64,000 nt of DNA. Origin: Gemmatimonadaceae bacterium. Lineage in GTDB: Bacteria; Gemmatimonadota; Gemmatimonadetes; Gemmatimonadales; Gemmatimonadaceae. Below the pieces are notes generated by a model, which was not told the origin of the DNA, did not search any database, and was given only the letters and a program-made list of their open reading frames with translations. The stretch is from NCBI GenBank assembly GCA_040901985.1, contig JBBDYC010000017.1, positions 32,001 to 96,000 on the forward strand. Reading direction: 5' to 3'. Position 1 is the stretch's first letter; each line of letters starts with the position of its first letter. Of this stretch, positions 1 through 9,754 are shown one piece after another. A program made the position numbers and the translations under genes.

Positions 1-1
1 C

Positions 2-1276
2 GTCAATCTGCAGAGCCCCCTGATTGTCCGCGTGACTGCGTTGGCCAGCGCTTCCCTCTATGCGCAGATCGTCGAGCTCGTCCGGACCGCCCAGGCGGAG
101 AAGTCCCCGATTCAGCGGATGGCGGACCGGTGGGCCGTCTGGTTCACGCCGGTCACGCTCGCCGCGTGCGCGGTGGCCTGGTGGCTGTCCGGAGACCCGG
201 CGCGCGTGCTCGCGGTGCTGGTCGTGGCCACGCCCTGCCCGCTCCTCCTCGCCACTCCGGTGGCGGTGATTGGCGGGATCAACCGCGCGGCACGGCGCCA
301 GATCATCGTGCGGAACGGGACCGCACTCGAGCAGCTCGCGCGCGTGGACGTGGCGGTCTTCGACAAGACCGGGACCCTCACCATCGGACACCCGGAAGTG
401 GATGCCGTGGCCGCAACGCCGGGGACGAGCGAGGACGAGGTGCTCCGCCTCGCCGGCGCGCTCGAGGTCGGCTCCGGCCATCTTCTCGCGCGCACGACCG
501 TCGCCGCCGCCCGCGCACGTGGCCTTGAACTCGCCGCGGCCACCGAAGTCGTCGAGCATCCCGGACAGGGCGTCACCGGCCTTGTCGGGGGGCGGCGCGT
601 GAGCGTGGGGTCACTTGGCCTCGTCGCCGCGCAACATCCGGGCGCACTCGGCGCGTTGCGCGGCGTGCACGGGGCGGCGAGCGGCCTCCGCGCCTACGTC
701 GCGGCGGACGACGCGGCGATGGGGATGATCCATTACGCCGACCGGGCGCGCCCCGGACTCCGCGCGATGTTCGACCGGCTGCGCGACCGGGGCATCGTGC
801 GAGTCGTGCTCCTCTCTGGCGACCATTCCGCGAGCGTGGTGCCGATGGCGGCGGAGGTCGGGATCACCGATGCCCGCGGCGACCTTCTTCCCGCCGATAA
901 GGTCGAGGCCGTCCGCGCGCTCGAGCGCGAGGGGCACCGGGTGCTGATGGTCGGCGACGGCACCAACGACGCCCCGGCGCTCTCGGCGGCCACGGTGGGC
1001 GTGGCGCTCGCGGCGCACGGCGGCGGGATCTCGGCCGAGGCGGCGGGGATCGTCCTGCTTGCCGACGATATCACCCGCGTGGACGAGGCCGTGGCGATCG
1101 GCCAGCGCACCGTGCGAATCGCACGGCAGAGCATCGTCGCCGGCCTGGTCCTCTCCGGCACGGCGATGGTGGTCGCGGCGCTCGGCTACATCCCGCCGAC
1201 CCTCGGAGCGCTGCTGCAGGAAGGGATAGACGTGGCCGTGATCGTGAACGCCCTCCGCGCCGCCCGCGCCGGCTGA
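2..1276 (+). CDS. Heavy-metal P1B-type ATPase (P1B-5-like), 5' end outside window
   Basis: TPCPLLLATP membrane motif, DKTGT phosphorylation site, GDGTND hinge, QEGID in last TM; frame is open back to the window edge. Confidence 0.93.
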   Translation, partial: VNLQSPLIVRVTALASASLYAQIVELVRTAQAEKSPIQRMADRWAVWFTPVTLAACAVAWWLSGDPARVLAVLVVATPCPLLLATPVAVIGGINRAARRQIIVRNGTALEQLARVDVAVFDKTGTLTIGHPEVDAVAATPGTSEDEVLRLAGALEVGSGHLLARTTVAAARARGLELAAATEVVEHPGQGVTGLVGGRRVSVGSLGLVAAQHPGALGALRGVHGAASGLRAYVAADDAAMGMIHYADRARPGLRAMFDRLRDRGIVRVVLLSGDHSASVVPMAAEVGITDARGDLLPADKVEAVRALEREGHRVLMVGDGTNDAPALSAATVGVALAAHGGGISAEAAGIVLLADDITRVDEAVAIGQRTVRIARQSIVAGLVLSGTAMVVAALGYIPPTLGALLQEGIDVAVIVNALRAARAG

Positions 1277-1353
1277 CCCGCCCGGGGTGCGGGCAACCCC
1301 GACGCTCGTTACCCTGTCTAGTCCCAGTACTCCTCCGCCCGGATCCCGCGCCG

Positions 1354-1956
1354 ATGACCGACCCCGCCCTTCCCGCCCGCGCCGACGCCCTCGCCCTGAT
1401 GGAGAGCTGGACGGCCAGCGATTCGCTCCGCAAGCATATGCTCGCGGTCGAGGCCGCGATGGTGGCCTACGCCCGCCGCTTCGGCGAGGATGAGGCGCGC
1501 TGGAGCCTGGCCGGCCTTCTCCACGACTTCGACTACGAGCGCTTCCCGAACGCCGCGCACGCCGCCGACGTCGAGCACCCCGCAGAGGGTGTGCGCCACC
1601 TGCGCGGCCTCGGCTACCCCGAGGACGTCCTCCAGGCGATCCTCGGCCACGCCCACTACACCGGCGTCGCGAGGGAGACGCGGATGGCCAAGGCACTCTT
1701 CGCGGTGGACGAACTGACCGGACTGATCACTGCCGCCACCCTCGTGCGGCCGTCGCGGAGCGTCCTCGATCTCGAGGTGTCGAGCGTCAAGAAGAAGATG
1801 AAGGACAAGGCGTTCGCGCGGGGGGTATCACGCGAGGATGTCGTTAACGGGGCCGCCGAACTCGGCGTCGAACTTGACGCACACATCGCCTTCGTCATCG
1901 GGGCGATGCGCGAGCGCGCACCCCTCCTCGGCCTCGCCGGCCCGGCTCCCGCGTGA
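1354..1956 (+). CDS. HD-domain (HDIG-like) metal-dependent phosphohydrolase
   Basis: SLRKH...LLHDFD...ILGHA...AVDELTG pattern. Confidence 0.88.
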   Translation: MTDPALPARADALALMESWTASDSLRKHMLAVEAAMVAYARRFGEDEARWSLAGLLHDFDYERFPNAAHAADVEHPAEGVRHLRGLGYPEDVLQAILGHAHYTGVARETRMAKALFAVDELTGLITAATLVRPSRSVLDLEVSSVKKKMKDKAFARGVSREDVVNGAAELGVELDAHIAFVIGAMRERAPLLGLAGPAPA

Positions 1957-1996
1957 CCCCCGAGTCGCCCCCGCGTCGGACGACTGCCAACGCCCC

Positions 1997-2020
1997 AACG
2001 CCCGATGTCCGCGCCGCGTA
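1997..2020 (+). promoter_or_regulatory. Putative ECF-type promoter (AAC-N17-CGT) upstream of the sigma gene
   Basis: AAC at 1997-1999 and CGTA at 2017-2020 with a 17-nt spacer; ECF sigmas are commonly autoregulated. Confidence 0.35.
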
Positions 2021-2049
2021 CAGGAGACAGTGACCAGTGAGCGTTCAGA

Positions 2050-2640
2050 GTGACCGCGGTCGCCCTGCCGTGGGGGCAAGCGCCCCGTCGGGCCGTGACT
2101 GAGCGTCCCGCCGACGAGCGTGACCTCGTGCTTGCCGCCCAGCGGGGCGAGCGCGCTGCCTTCTCGGAGCTCGTGCGAAGGCACCAGCGGCGGGCGTACG
2201 TGGTCGCGCGGTCAATCGTCATCAATCACGAGGATGCCGAGGATGCGGTGCAGGACGGGTTCCTGCACGCGTTCAAGGCGATCCACCGGTTCCTGCCGGA
2301 CCAGGCATTCGGGGCGTGGCTGCACCGGATCGTCGCGAATGCCGCGTTGGACGTGACACGGCGCCGCAAGGTGCGTGACGCGGATGAACTGCCCGAGACG
2401 GTGGCCTCACCGTTCAGGGACCCGGCCGAAGGCGGGGAGCTCCGCCGGCGGCTGGCGGAGGCGTTGGAAACGCTCCCCGCGCGCCAGCGCTCGGTGATCG
2501 TGCTGCACGATGTGGAGGGCTACAAACACGCGGAGATCGGGAAGCTGCTGGACATCCCGGAAGGGACCGCCCGGTCCGATCTCCATTACGCGAGGTCCCA
2601 TTTGCGCCAGGTGCTCGGCGCGGTGAGGAGCGGATTATGA
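2050..2640 (+). CDS. ECF RNA polymerase sigma factor (start may be GTG 2095)
   Basis: DAEDAVQDGF...FGAWLHRIVAN (region 2) and EIGKLLDIPEGTARSDLHYAR (region 4). Confidence 0.93.
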   Translation: MTAVALPWGQAPRRAVTERPADERDLVLAAQRGERAAFSELVRRHQRRAYVVARSIVINHEDAEDAVQDGFLHAFKAIHRFLPDQAFGAWLHRIVANAALDVTRRRKVRDADELPETVASPFRDPAEGGELRRRLAEALETLPARQRSVIVLHDVEGYKHAEIGKLLDIPEGTARSDLHYARSHLRQVLGAVRSGL

Positions 2641-3011
2641 CCGATGAACTGACCGGCCCGGCGTTGGTCCGGGACGATGAAGTGACGAACCACCTGCGGG
2701 CCATCGTGGCGCCGCCGGCGGCGGAGTCGTACTGGGCCGGGCTCGAGCGGCGCATCCTGGCGCGGATCGAGCGGGGCCAGGACCAGGGGCGTTGGTGGGC
2801 ACTGTCGGAGCGCGCCTACCAGGTCGGCCTCCTTGCCGCCGGGCTGACGCTGGTTATCGCCGGGTCCGTGTTCCTGCGCGAGCGCGCGCTCGAGCGCCGG
2901 ATGGCGTACGAATCGGTGATCGAGACTCCCGCGCGGTCGCAGCAGGTGTTTGCCCGTCGCGGGCTGGTGCCCGACCGGCAGGCAACCCTGCGCGCCGTCA
3001 CCGACCACTAA
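2637..3011 (+). CDS. Probable single-TM anti-sigma factor
   Basis: ATGA overlap with the sigma gene, one central hydrophobic helix. Confidence 0.65.
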   Translation: MTDELTGPALVRDDEVTNHLRAIVAPPAAESYWAGLERRILARIERGQDQGRWWALSERAYQVGLLAAGLTLVIAGSVFLRERALERRMAYESVIETPARSQQVFARRGLVPDRQATLRAVTDH

Positions 3012-3026
3012 CGGAGCGAGGGGACG

Positions 3027-3404
3027 ATGCGTCGAACCCAGGTACTGGCGCTGGCGTTCTTCGTGGCCACGGCCGCGGCAGGTGTCGCGATCGGGATTAC
3101 GGCGGACCGGTGGTTCCTCCGGGAACGGACCGAGCGGCAGTGGGGGGATCAACGGGCGATGCGGGCGCGGCTGGCGGACGACCTCCGGATGACGGAGGCG
3201 CAGCGCGCCCAGCTCGACTCGGTGCTCGACGGCCGGAACCGTCAGTACGACTCGCTGATGGCCCCGGTCCGTCCCGGCCTTGACTCGCTCGGGGCGGCCA
3301 CCCGCCAGCGGATCCGGCAGCTGCTCACGCCCGAGCAGCAGGCCACCTACGACCAGATGTTGCGCGAGCGCGAAGAAGCTCGTAGCCGGGAGAAGAAGCA
3401 ATGA
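3027..3404 (+). CDS. Periplasmic Spy/CpxP/CnrX-like helical accessory protein
   Basis: N-terminal TM or signal; MTEAQ and LLTPEQQ (LTxxQ) motifs. Confidence 0.7.
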   Translation: MRRTQVLALAFFVATAAAGVAIGITADRWFLRERTERQWGDQRAMRARLADDLRMTEAQRAQLDSVLDGRNRQYDSLMAPVRPGLDSLGAATRQRIRQLLTPEQQATYDQMLREREEARSREKKQ

Positions 3405-4705
3405 AGGGGTTCGTGAACGCGGTCGGAACGCTCCTGCTCATCGTCACTCCATCGGCTGCCGCCGCGCAGGGAGAGGCTCGGCCAATTCCACTCGACGAGG
3501 CGGTGCGGCTCGCCCAACGCAACGCGCCGGCAACCGTGCAGGCGCGCAATGCGCTGAGCACCAACGCGGCGACCGTTCGCCAGCGCTACGCCGCCTACGT
3601 CCCGACGCTGAGCTTCGGCTCGAACGTCAGCCGGCAGGTCGGCACGCGATTCGTCGCCGACCTGAACGAATTCCGCCCCAATCCGCAGCCGTGGCGCGGC
3701 GGCCACAGCTTCAACTCGAGCATTGACCTCTTCAACGGCCGGCGGCTGTTCGACCTCCAGTCGGCGCGCTCCAATCTCGACGCCGCCGAGGCGACCGAAG
3801 TGACGCAGACCTTCACCGTCGCACTCCAGGTGAAGCAGCAGTACTACGGCGTGCTGGCGGCGCGCGAACAGCGCGCCGCTGCCGACAAGCAGCTCGAGCA
3901 GGCCGAACAACAGCTTCGCGCCTCGACGGCGCGCGTCGCCGCCGGTGCGGCCACGCGGTCGGACTCACTCCGCTCATCCATCCAGGTCGGGAATGCGCGG
4001 CTCGCCATCCTGACAGCCGACAACGCGATCGCGACGGCCAACGCGGCCCTCTCGCGCCTCGTCGGCACCGAGTCCATCGTGACCGCCGTCGCCAATGACA
4101 CCTCGGATACCGGCGAGATCGCCCTGAGCGACGCCGACCTGCTCGCCCTGGCCGAGCGCGGGCCGGCGGTGCGCCAAGCCCGCGCGCAGCACGCGGCGGC
4201 GCTCCAGTCCTCGCGTTCGAGCAAGACCCTGTACCTCCCACGGGTCTCGGCCAGCGTCGGCTGGGCCTACTCGGCCGCCGATACCGGCATCCAGTTCCTA
4301 GGCGACAAGGAGCTTCGCAACACCACGACGCGACTGACCGTCAACTTCCCGCTCCTCGACGGCCTCAGCCGCGAGACGCAGGTCGCCACGGCGTCGGCGA
4401 ACGCCGACAACGCCCGTGTGCAACTCCGGGACGCCGAGCTCAACGCGCGCCAGCAGATGATCCAGCAGCTCGGCGCCTACCGCACGGCGCAGGCCCGGGT
4501 CGAAATCCAGCTGGAGACGGTCGCCGCCGGCGAGGAGGACCTCCGCGTCCAGCAGGAGCGCTACAACCTCGGCGCCTCGACGCTCCTCGACCTGCTCTCC
4601 TCGCAGACGACGCTCGACCAGGCGCGGCGCGACCTCATTCAGGCGCGGCTCGACGCGCGCACCGCCAAGGCCCAGATCGAAACATTGATCGGCCGCGACC
4701 TCTAG
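3401..4705 (+). CDS. TolC family outer-membrane efflux protein
   Basis: Signal peptide, LDEAVRLAQRN start, RYNLGASTLLDLL motif. Confidence 0.92.
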   Translation: MKGFVNAVGTLLLIVTPSAAAAQGEARPIPLDEAVRLAQRNAPATVQARNALSTNAATVRQRYAAYVPTLSFGSNVSRQVGTRFVADLNEFRPNPQPWRGGHSFNSSIDLFNGRRLFDLQSARSNLDAAEATEVTQTFTVALQVKQQYYGVLAAREQRAAADKQLEQAEQQLRASTARVAAGAATRSDSLRSSIQVGNARLAILTADNAIATANAALSRLVGTESIVTAVANDTSDTGEIALSDADLLALAERGPAVRQARAQHAAALQSSRSSKTLYLPRVSASVGWAYSAADTGIQFLGDKELRNTTTRLTVNFPLLDGLSRETQVATASANADNARVQLRDAELNARQQMIQQLGAYRTAQARVEIQLETVAAGEEDLRVQQERYNLGASTLLDLLSSQTTLDQARRDLIQARLDARTAKAQIETLIGRDL

Positions 4706-4751
4706 TCGGTCCGCCGACTCGCATCCTCGCAATCCCCCGGAGTCTCTCGCC

Positions 4752-6476
4752 GTGTTCCGCCAGTCGCTGTCGCTCGCCCCGCTCGCCTTGATCCTCGCCG
4801 GTTGTGGCAGGTCGCAGGCATCCTCCCTCCCGATCCAGACCGCCACCGTCGAGCGGCGGACGATCGTCGTGCAGGCCGAGGCCACCGGCATCATCGAGCC
4901 GATCAATGTCGTCGAGGTGAAGTCGCGCTCGTCGGGGCAGATCATCGAGATGCCGATCGAGACCGGGTCGCTTGTCCGCCCCGGGATGCTGATCGTCCAG
5001 CTCGACACCCGCGATGTGAAGAACCAGTTCGACCAAGCCAAGGCCGACCTCGAGGCGTCGGAGAAGCAGCTGGAAGTGGCCGAGGTGCAGAAGCGCCGGT
5101 CCGACGAGCTCCTCGCGGCGAAGATCATCACGCCGCAGGAGAACGAGGCCACGCAGCTCAGCTACGCCAACGCGCTCTCGTCCATCGTCCGCGCCCGCAC
5201 CAATCTCGACCTCGCCCAGCAGCGGCTCGATGACGCCCGCGTGACCGCGCCGGTGACCGGCACGATCATTGACAAGCCGGTCGCGCTTGGCCAGGTGATC
5301 CAGTCCGGCACGAGCACCGCCGGCGGCGGCACGACGATCGTCAAGATGGCCGACCTCACCAAGGTGCGCGCCCGGGCGCTCGTGAACGAGACCGACATCG
5401 GCCGGGTCCAGCAGGGTCAGGCGGCCACCGTGATCGTTGACGCGTTCCCCGACCGTCCCTTCGCCGGCATCGTCGAGAAGATCGAACCGCAGGCCGTCGT
5501 GCAGCAGAACGTCACGATGTTCCCGGTCCTCGTGTCGCTCGAGAACCGCGAAGGCCTCCTGATGCCAGGGATGAATGGCGAGGTGTCCATCATCTCGGAT
5601 CGCCGCGAGAATGTCGTGGCGGTGCCCAACGAGGCGATCCGGTCGGTGCGCGAGGCGGCGCAGGCGGCGGAGATCCTCGGCATTGATCCTGATTCGGTGC
5701 AGGCCCATCTGCGGCGCGGTATGGCGCCGGCGGGCGGGATTGGTGGCGGGATGCCGGCCGGAGGGCCGGCCGGCCGGCCGCGTCAGATCCCGGTGAGCTC
5801 GCCAGGGTTCGTCGCATTCAGCGAGCCAGTGGGCCAGCAGGGACGTCCCGGCCAGGGCGGCTTCCAACTGCCCAACGTCACCGACGCGCAGTGCAAGGGA
5901 GTCGAGGACGCGCGGCTGGCGAAGCCGGCGGCGGCGAAGAAGGTGGACGACCTCACCGCGCGAATGCGCGACCCGAGCGCGGACCGCCAGGCGCTGACGG
6001 GCCAACTGCGCGCCGCCTACACGGAACTCGGCGTGGACATCAACGTCGTGCGTGCCTGCCGCGCACGCGCGGGTACCGGCCCGGCAGGTCAGTCGGCCAC
6101 GCCGGCCACCGCGGGCAACCCGACCGGCACTCCGGCCACTAACCCGGCGGGCAATCCGGCGGGCGCGCCTCGCCAGACAGCGGCCGGCACGCCGGCCACC
6201 CCGACCCGGGCATCGCGCACCGCGACCCGCGCCGGACTCGTCTTCGTCCAGCGCGCCGACTCGAGCTGGGAAGCGCGAATGGTCCGCCTCGGCGTCGCCG
6301 ACTACGACTTCACCGAAGTGATCAGTGGCCTCGAGGAGGGCGATCGGGTGGCCCTGCTCAGCGCGGCGGCGCTGCAGATGCAGCGCCAGCAGAATCAGGA
6401 CCGGATGCGGGCGATGACCGGCGGCGCGAGTCCGCTTGGCGGCGCCACTGGCGGCGCGCGACCCGGGCCACGGTAG
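4752..6476 (+). CDS. MacA-like membrane-fusion (periplasmic adaptor) lipoprotein
   Basis: Lipobox LAGC, VEVKSRSSG, APVTGTII, VNETDIG, LMPGM; long Pro/Ala/Gly-rich insert. Confidence 0.9.
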   Translation: MFRQSLSLAPLALILAGCGRSQASSLPIQTATVERRTIVVQAEATGIIEPINVVEVKSRSSGQIIEMPIETGSLVRPGMLIVQLDTRDVKNQFDQAKADLEASEKQLEVAEVQKRRSDELLAAKIITPQENEATQLSYANALSSIVRARTNLDLAQQRLDDARVTAPVTGTIIDKPVALGQVIQSGTSTAGGGTTIVKMADLTKVRARALVNETDIGRVQQGQAATVIVDAFPDRPFAGIVEKIEPQAVVQQNVTMFPVLVSLENREGLLMPGMNGEVSIISDRRENVVAVPNEAIRSVREAAQAAEILGIDPDSVQAHLRRGMAPAGGIGGGMPAGGPAGRPRQIPVSSPGFVAFSEPVGQQGRPGQGGFQLPNVTDAQCKGVEDARLAKPAAAKKVDDLTARMRDPSADRQALTGQLRAAYTELGVDINVVRACRARAGTGPAGQSATPATAGNPTGTPATNPAGNPAGAPRQTAAGTPATPTRASRTATRAGLVFVQRADSSWEARMVRLGVADYDFTEVISGLEEGDRVALLSAAALQMQRQQNQDRMRAMTGGASPLGGATGGARPGPR

Positions 6477-6483
6477 CCGACCA

Positions 6484-7704
6484 ATGCTCTTCGGCGAGAC
6501 CATCCGCGTCGCCCTCGGCGCCCTCCGCGCCAACAAGATGCGGTCGCTGCTCACGATGCTTGGCATCGTGATCGGCGTCTCGGCGGTCATCGCGGTCGTG
6601 GCACTCGGCCGCGGCGCGCAGCAGGCGGTGAATGATCGCATTGCGTCGCTTGGGACCACGCTCCTTACGGTGTCGCCGGGCCAGGCGCGCACCGCCGGCG
6701 TCTCCTCATTTGACGTGCGTACGCGCCTTACGGTAGAGGACGCCCAGGCGCTGGTGGACCGCGGGACCGTCATCACGGCGGTCCAGCCCGAGATGTCGTC
6801 CAACCTGCAGGTCCAGTATCTCAACAAGAACGCCGGCACCCAGGTCGTCGGCACGACGGCCAACTATCCCGTGGTCCGCAAGTACGAGATTGCCGCAGGA
6901 CGCTTCTTCACGCAGGGCGAGGACCTCAGCCGGCAGCGGCTGGCCGTCGTCGGACCGACCGTCGTCGAGAACCTCGGCCTGCAGAGCCCCGACGGGCTGG
7001 TTGGCGAGAACATCCGCATCCGCGGCATCCAGTTCACCGTCATCGGCGTCTACAAGTCGAAGGGCCAGGCGAGTCCGTTCAACAACCCCGACGACCAGAT
7101 CCTCATCCCGATCCAGACGGCGCGCTTCCGGGTGATGGGGAGCAACCGGCTGCGCTCGATCTCCGTCCTGGCGCCAAGCGAGGCGCAGATCCCGGACGCG
7201 ATGGCGGACATCCAGAAGATCCTCCGGCGGGAGCACAAACTGCGCCCCGAGCGCCCGGACGACTTCCAGATCCGCAACCAGGCGGACTTTCTGAACACCC
7301 TCGGCGAGACCACGCAGGTCTTCTCGATGCTCCTCGCCGGAATCGCCGCGGTCTCGCTCCTCGTCGGCGGCATTGGGATCATGAACATCATGCTCGTCTC
7401 GGTGACCGAGCGAACCCGTGAGATCGGCATCCGCAAGGCACTCGGCGCGACGAAGCTGAACATCCTCTTCCAGTTCCTGATCGAGGCCGTCGTGCTCTGC
7501 CTGGTGGGCGGGGCAATCGGCATCGGCGTAGGCGCGGGCGGCGCGATGGCGTTCACGAACCTGCTCGGCTGGTCCACCCAGGTCGGCGCCTCGTCGGTGG
7601 GCCTGGCATTCGGCTTCTCCGCGGTCGTCGGGCTGGTGTTCGGCGTCTACCCGGCGAGGCGCGCCGCCGGACTCGACCCCATCGTCGCCCTGCGCTACGA
7701 GTGA
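6484..7704 (+). CDS. MacB/FtsX-like ABC transporter permease (no NBD)
   Basis: RSLLTMLGIVIG, VTERTREIGIRKALGA, DPIVALRYE; ATG at 6484. Confidence 0.93.
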   Translation: MLFGETIRVALGALRANKMRSLLTMLGIVIGVSAVIAVVALGRGAQQAVNDRIASLGTTLLTVSPGQARTAGVSSFDVRTRLTVEDAQALVDRGTVITAVQPEMSSNLQVQYLNKNAGTQVVGTTANYPVVRKYEIAAGRFFTQGEDLSRQRLAVVGPTVVENLGLQSPDGLVGENIRIRGIQFTVIGVYKSKGQASPFNNPDDQILIPIQTARFRVMGSNRLRSISVLAPSEAQIPDAMADIQKILRREHKLRPERPDDFQIRNQADFLNTLGETTQVFSMLLAGIAAVSLLVGGIGIMNIMLVSVTERTREIGIRKALGATKLNILFQFLIEAVVLCLVGGAIGIGVGAGGAMAFTNLLGWSTQVGASSVGLAFGFSAVVGLVFGVYPARRAAGLDPIVALRYE

Positions 7705-7740
7705 CGGTGCTCGGACACCGACTGTAGATTATCGGTCGAG

Positions 7741-9726
7741 ATGTCCGACGAGAATCCGCCCGCAACACCGACCCCGCGTCCCTCGACGAGCGGGATGACG
7801 GCCGAGTATCGGCCGCCGGAGCGACACCACGTCGAACGCAATCCGACCGGGAAGCGACTGGCGGTCCTCACCCTCGGGGCCCTAGGCGTCGTCTACGGGG
7901 ACATCGGCACCAGCCCGCTGTATGCGCTTCGCGAGTGCTTCAGCCCGAAGTACGGCATCGCGCCGACGCCGCAGAACGTCTACGGGATCCTCTCGCTGAT
8001 CTTCTGGGCGCTCGTGCTGGTGGTGACGGTCAAGTACATCGTCTTCATCCTCCGGGCCGACAACCGGGGCGAGGGCGGGATCCTCGCGATGCTCGCGTTG
8101 ATCCTCCAGAAGGAGGCGACGGCGAAATCGCGGCGATTCCTGCTGATCTCGCTGGGGCTCCTCGGCGCAGCGCTGCTCTATGGCGACGGGATGATCACAC
8201 CGGCGATCTCAGTGCTCAGCGCGATGGAGGGCCTCACGGTCGTGTCGGAGAATTTCTCGTTCCTCGTCGTGCCGCTCTCGATCGTGATCCTTGTCGGACT
8301 ATTCCTCGGGCAGCGCTTCGGCACGGCGCGCGTCGGTCAGATCTTTGGCCCGGTGACGCTGCTCTGGTTCGTCACGCTCGCCGTTCTCGGAATCCGCGAG
8401 ATCGTGCAGGCGCCGGCGATACTCGGCGCGGCGAATCCCTGGCACGCCGTCCAGTTCTTCATCGCGAACGGGAAGGCGGCGTTCCTCGTCATCGGCGCGG
8501 TGGTCCTCGTCGTCACCGGGGCAGAGGCACTCTACGCGGATATGGGGCATTTCGGACGGCGGCCGATCCGCCTCGCTTGGATCGCGCTCGTACTCCCGGC
8601 TCTCGTCATCAACTATTTCGGCCAGGGAGCGCTGATCCTACGCGATGCGGCGGCGGTGGCGAATCCGTTCTTCCTTCTCGCGCCGCGTGCCCTGCTCTAC
8701 CCGCTGATTGCCCTGGCCACGGTCGCCACGGTGATCGCTTCGCAAGCGATGATTTCGGGAGCGTTCTCGATCACGCAGCAGTGCATCCAGCTCGGCTACA
8801 GTCCGCGGATGACGATCACGCACACCTCGGCGCGCCAGTTCGGCCAGATCTACATCCCCGAGATCAATAACGCCTTGATGGTCGGTTGCCTGCTGATGGT
8901 GCTCGGCTTCCGCAGTTCGGAGGCGCTCGGCGCGGCGTATGGGATTGCGGTGACGGGGACCTTCGTCCTCGCGACGATCCTCTATTTCGTGATCGCACTC
9001 CGCCGCTGGCAGTGGCCGGCGTGGAAGGCGGGGATCTTCTTCGGCTTCTTCATCGTCGTGGATCTGACACTCTTCGGCGCGAGCGCCCTGAAGTTCATCC
9101 ACGGCGGGTGGGTCCCGATTGTGATCGCCGTCGCGATCTTCACCTTGATGACCACCTGGAAGCGCGGCCGGGCGATTCTCAGCGAGCGGATCCAGGACAT
9201 CTCCCTCCCACTGGACACGTTCCTCGACGACATCGGCGATCGACGCGTGACCCGCGTGCCAGGCACGGCGGTCTTCATGACCTCCGAGCATTACGGCGTG
9301 CCGGTGGTGCTGCTCCACCACCTCAAGCACAACAAGGTGCTGCACGAGACAGTGATCCTGCTCTCGATCCGTGCCGCCGAGATCCCGGAGACCAACCGCG
9401 CGGAGCGGGTCGTGATTGAGGCGCTCAATCACGGCTTCTTCCGCGTGATTGCGACGTATGGATTCATGGAGTCGCCGGACGTGAAGGAGGTCCTGCAGCG
9501 ATGCCGTGACCACGGCATCGCCGCGCGCCCGCTCGACACGAGCTACTACCTCGGTCGCGAGCAGCTCATCCCGCGCCGCGGGCCGTGGAAGAAGCACGGA
9601 ATGTCAATGAACATCGCCCGCAAGAAGCTGTACGCCGTGATGGCGCGGAATGCCCGTTCGGCCACGCAGTACTTCCAGCTCCCGCCCAACCGGGTCGTCG
9701 AGCTCGGGACGCAGATCGAGTTCTGA
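7741..9726 (+). CDS. kup: KUP/HAK/KT potassium uptake transporter
   Basis: GVVYGDIGTSPLY, GAEALYADMGHF, RVVELG. Confidence 0.96.
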   Translation: MSDENPPATPTPRPSTSGMTAEYRPPERHHVERNPTGKRLAVLTLGALGVVYGDIGTSPLYALRECFSPKYGIAPTPQNVYGILSLIFWALVLVVTVKYIVFILRADNRGEGGILAMLALILQKEATAKSRRFLLISLGLLGAALLYGDGMITPAISVLSAMEGLTVVSENFSFLVVPLSIVILVGLFLGQRFGTARVGQIFGPVTLLWFVTLAVLGIREIVQAPAILGAANPWHAVQFFIANGKAAFLVIGAVVLVVTGAEALYADMGHFGRRPIRLAWIALVLPALVINYFGQGALILRDAAAVANPFFLLAPRALLYPLIALATVATVIASQAMISGAFSITQQCIQLGYSPRMTITHTSARQFGQIYIPEINNALMVGCLLMVLGFRSSEALGAAYGIAVTGTFVLATILYFVIALRRWQWPAWKAGIFFGFFIVVDLTLFGASALKFIHGGWVPIVIAVAIFTLMTTWKRGRAILSERIQDISLPLDTFLDDIGDRRVTRVPGTAVFMTSEHYGVPVVLLHHLKHNKVLHETVILLSIRAAEIPETNRAERVVIEALNHGFFRVIATYGFMESPDVKEVLQRCRDHGIAARPLDTSYYLGREQLIPRRGPWKKHGMSMNIARKKLYAVMARNARSATQYFQLPPNRVVELGTQIEF

Positions 9727-9754
9727 CGCCTTTCCACTACATCCCACGCGACCG

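Noticed and set aside
2030..2053. 7-codon uORF overlapping the sigma start
   Set aside because: RBS spacing is only 3 nt and the sigma start itself is uncertain
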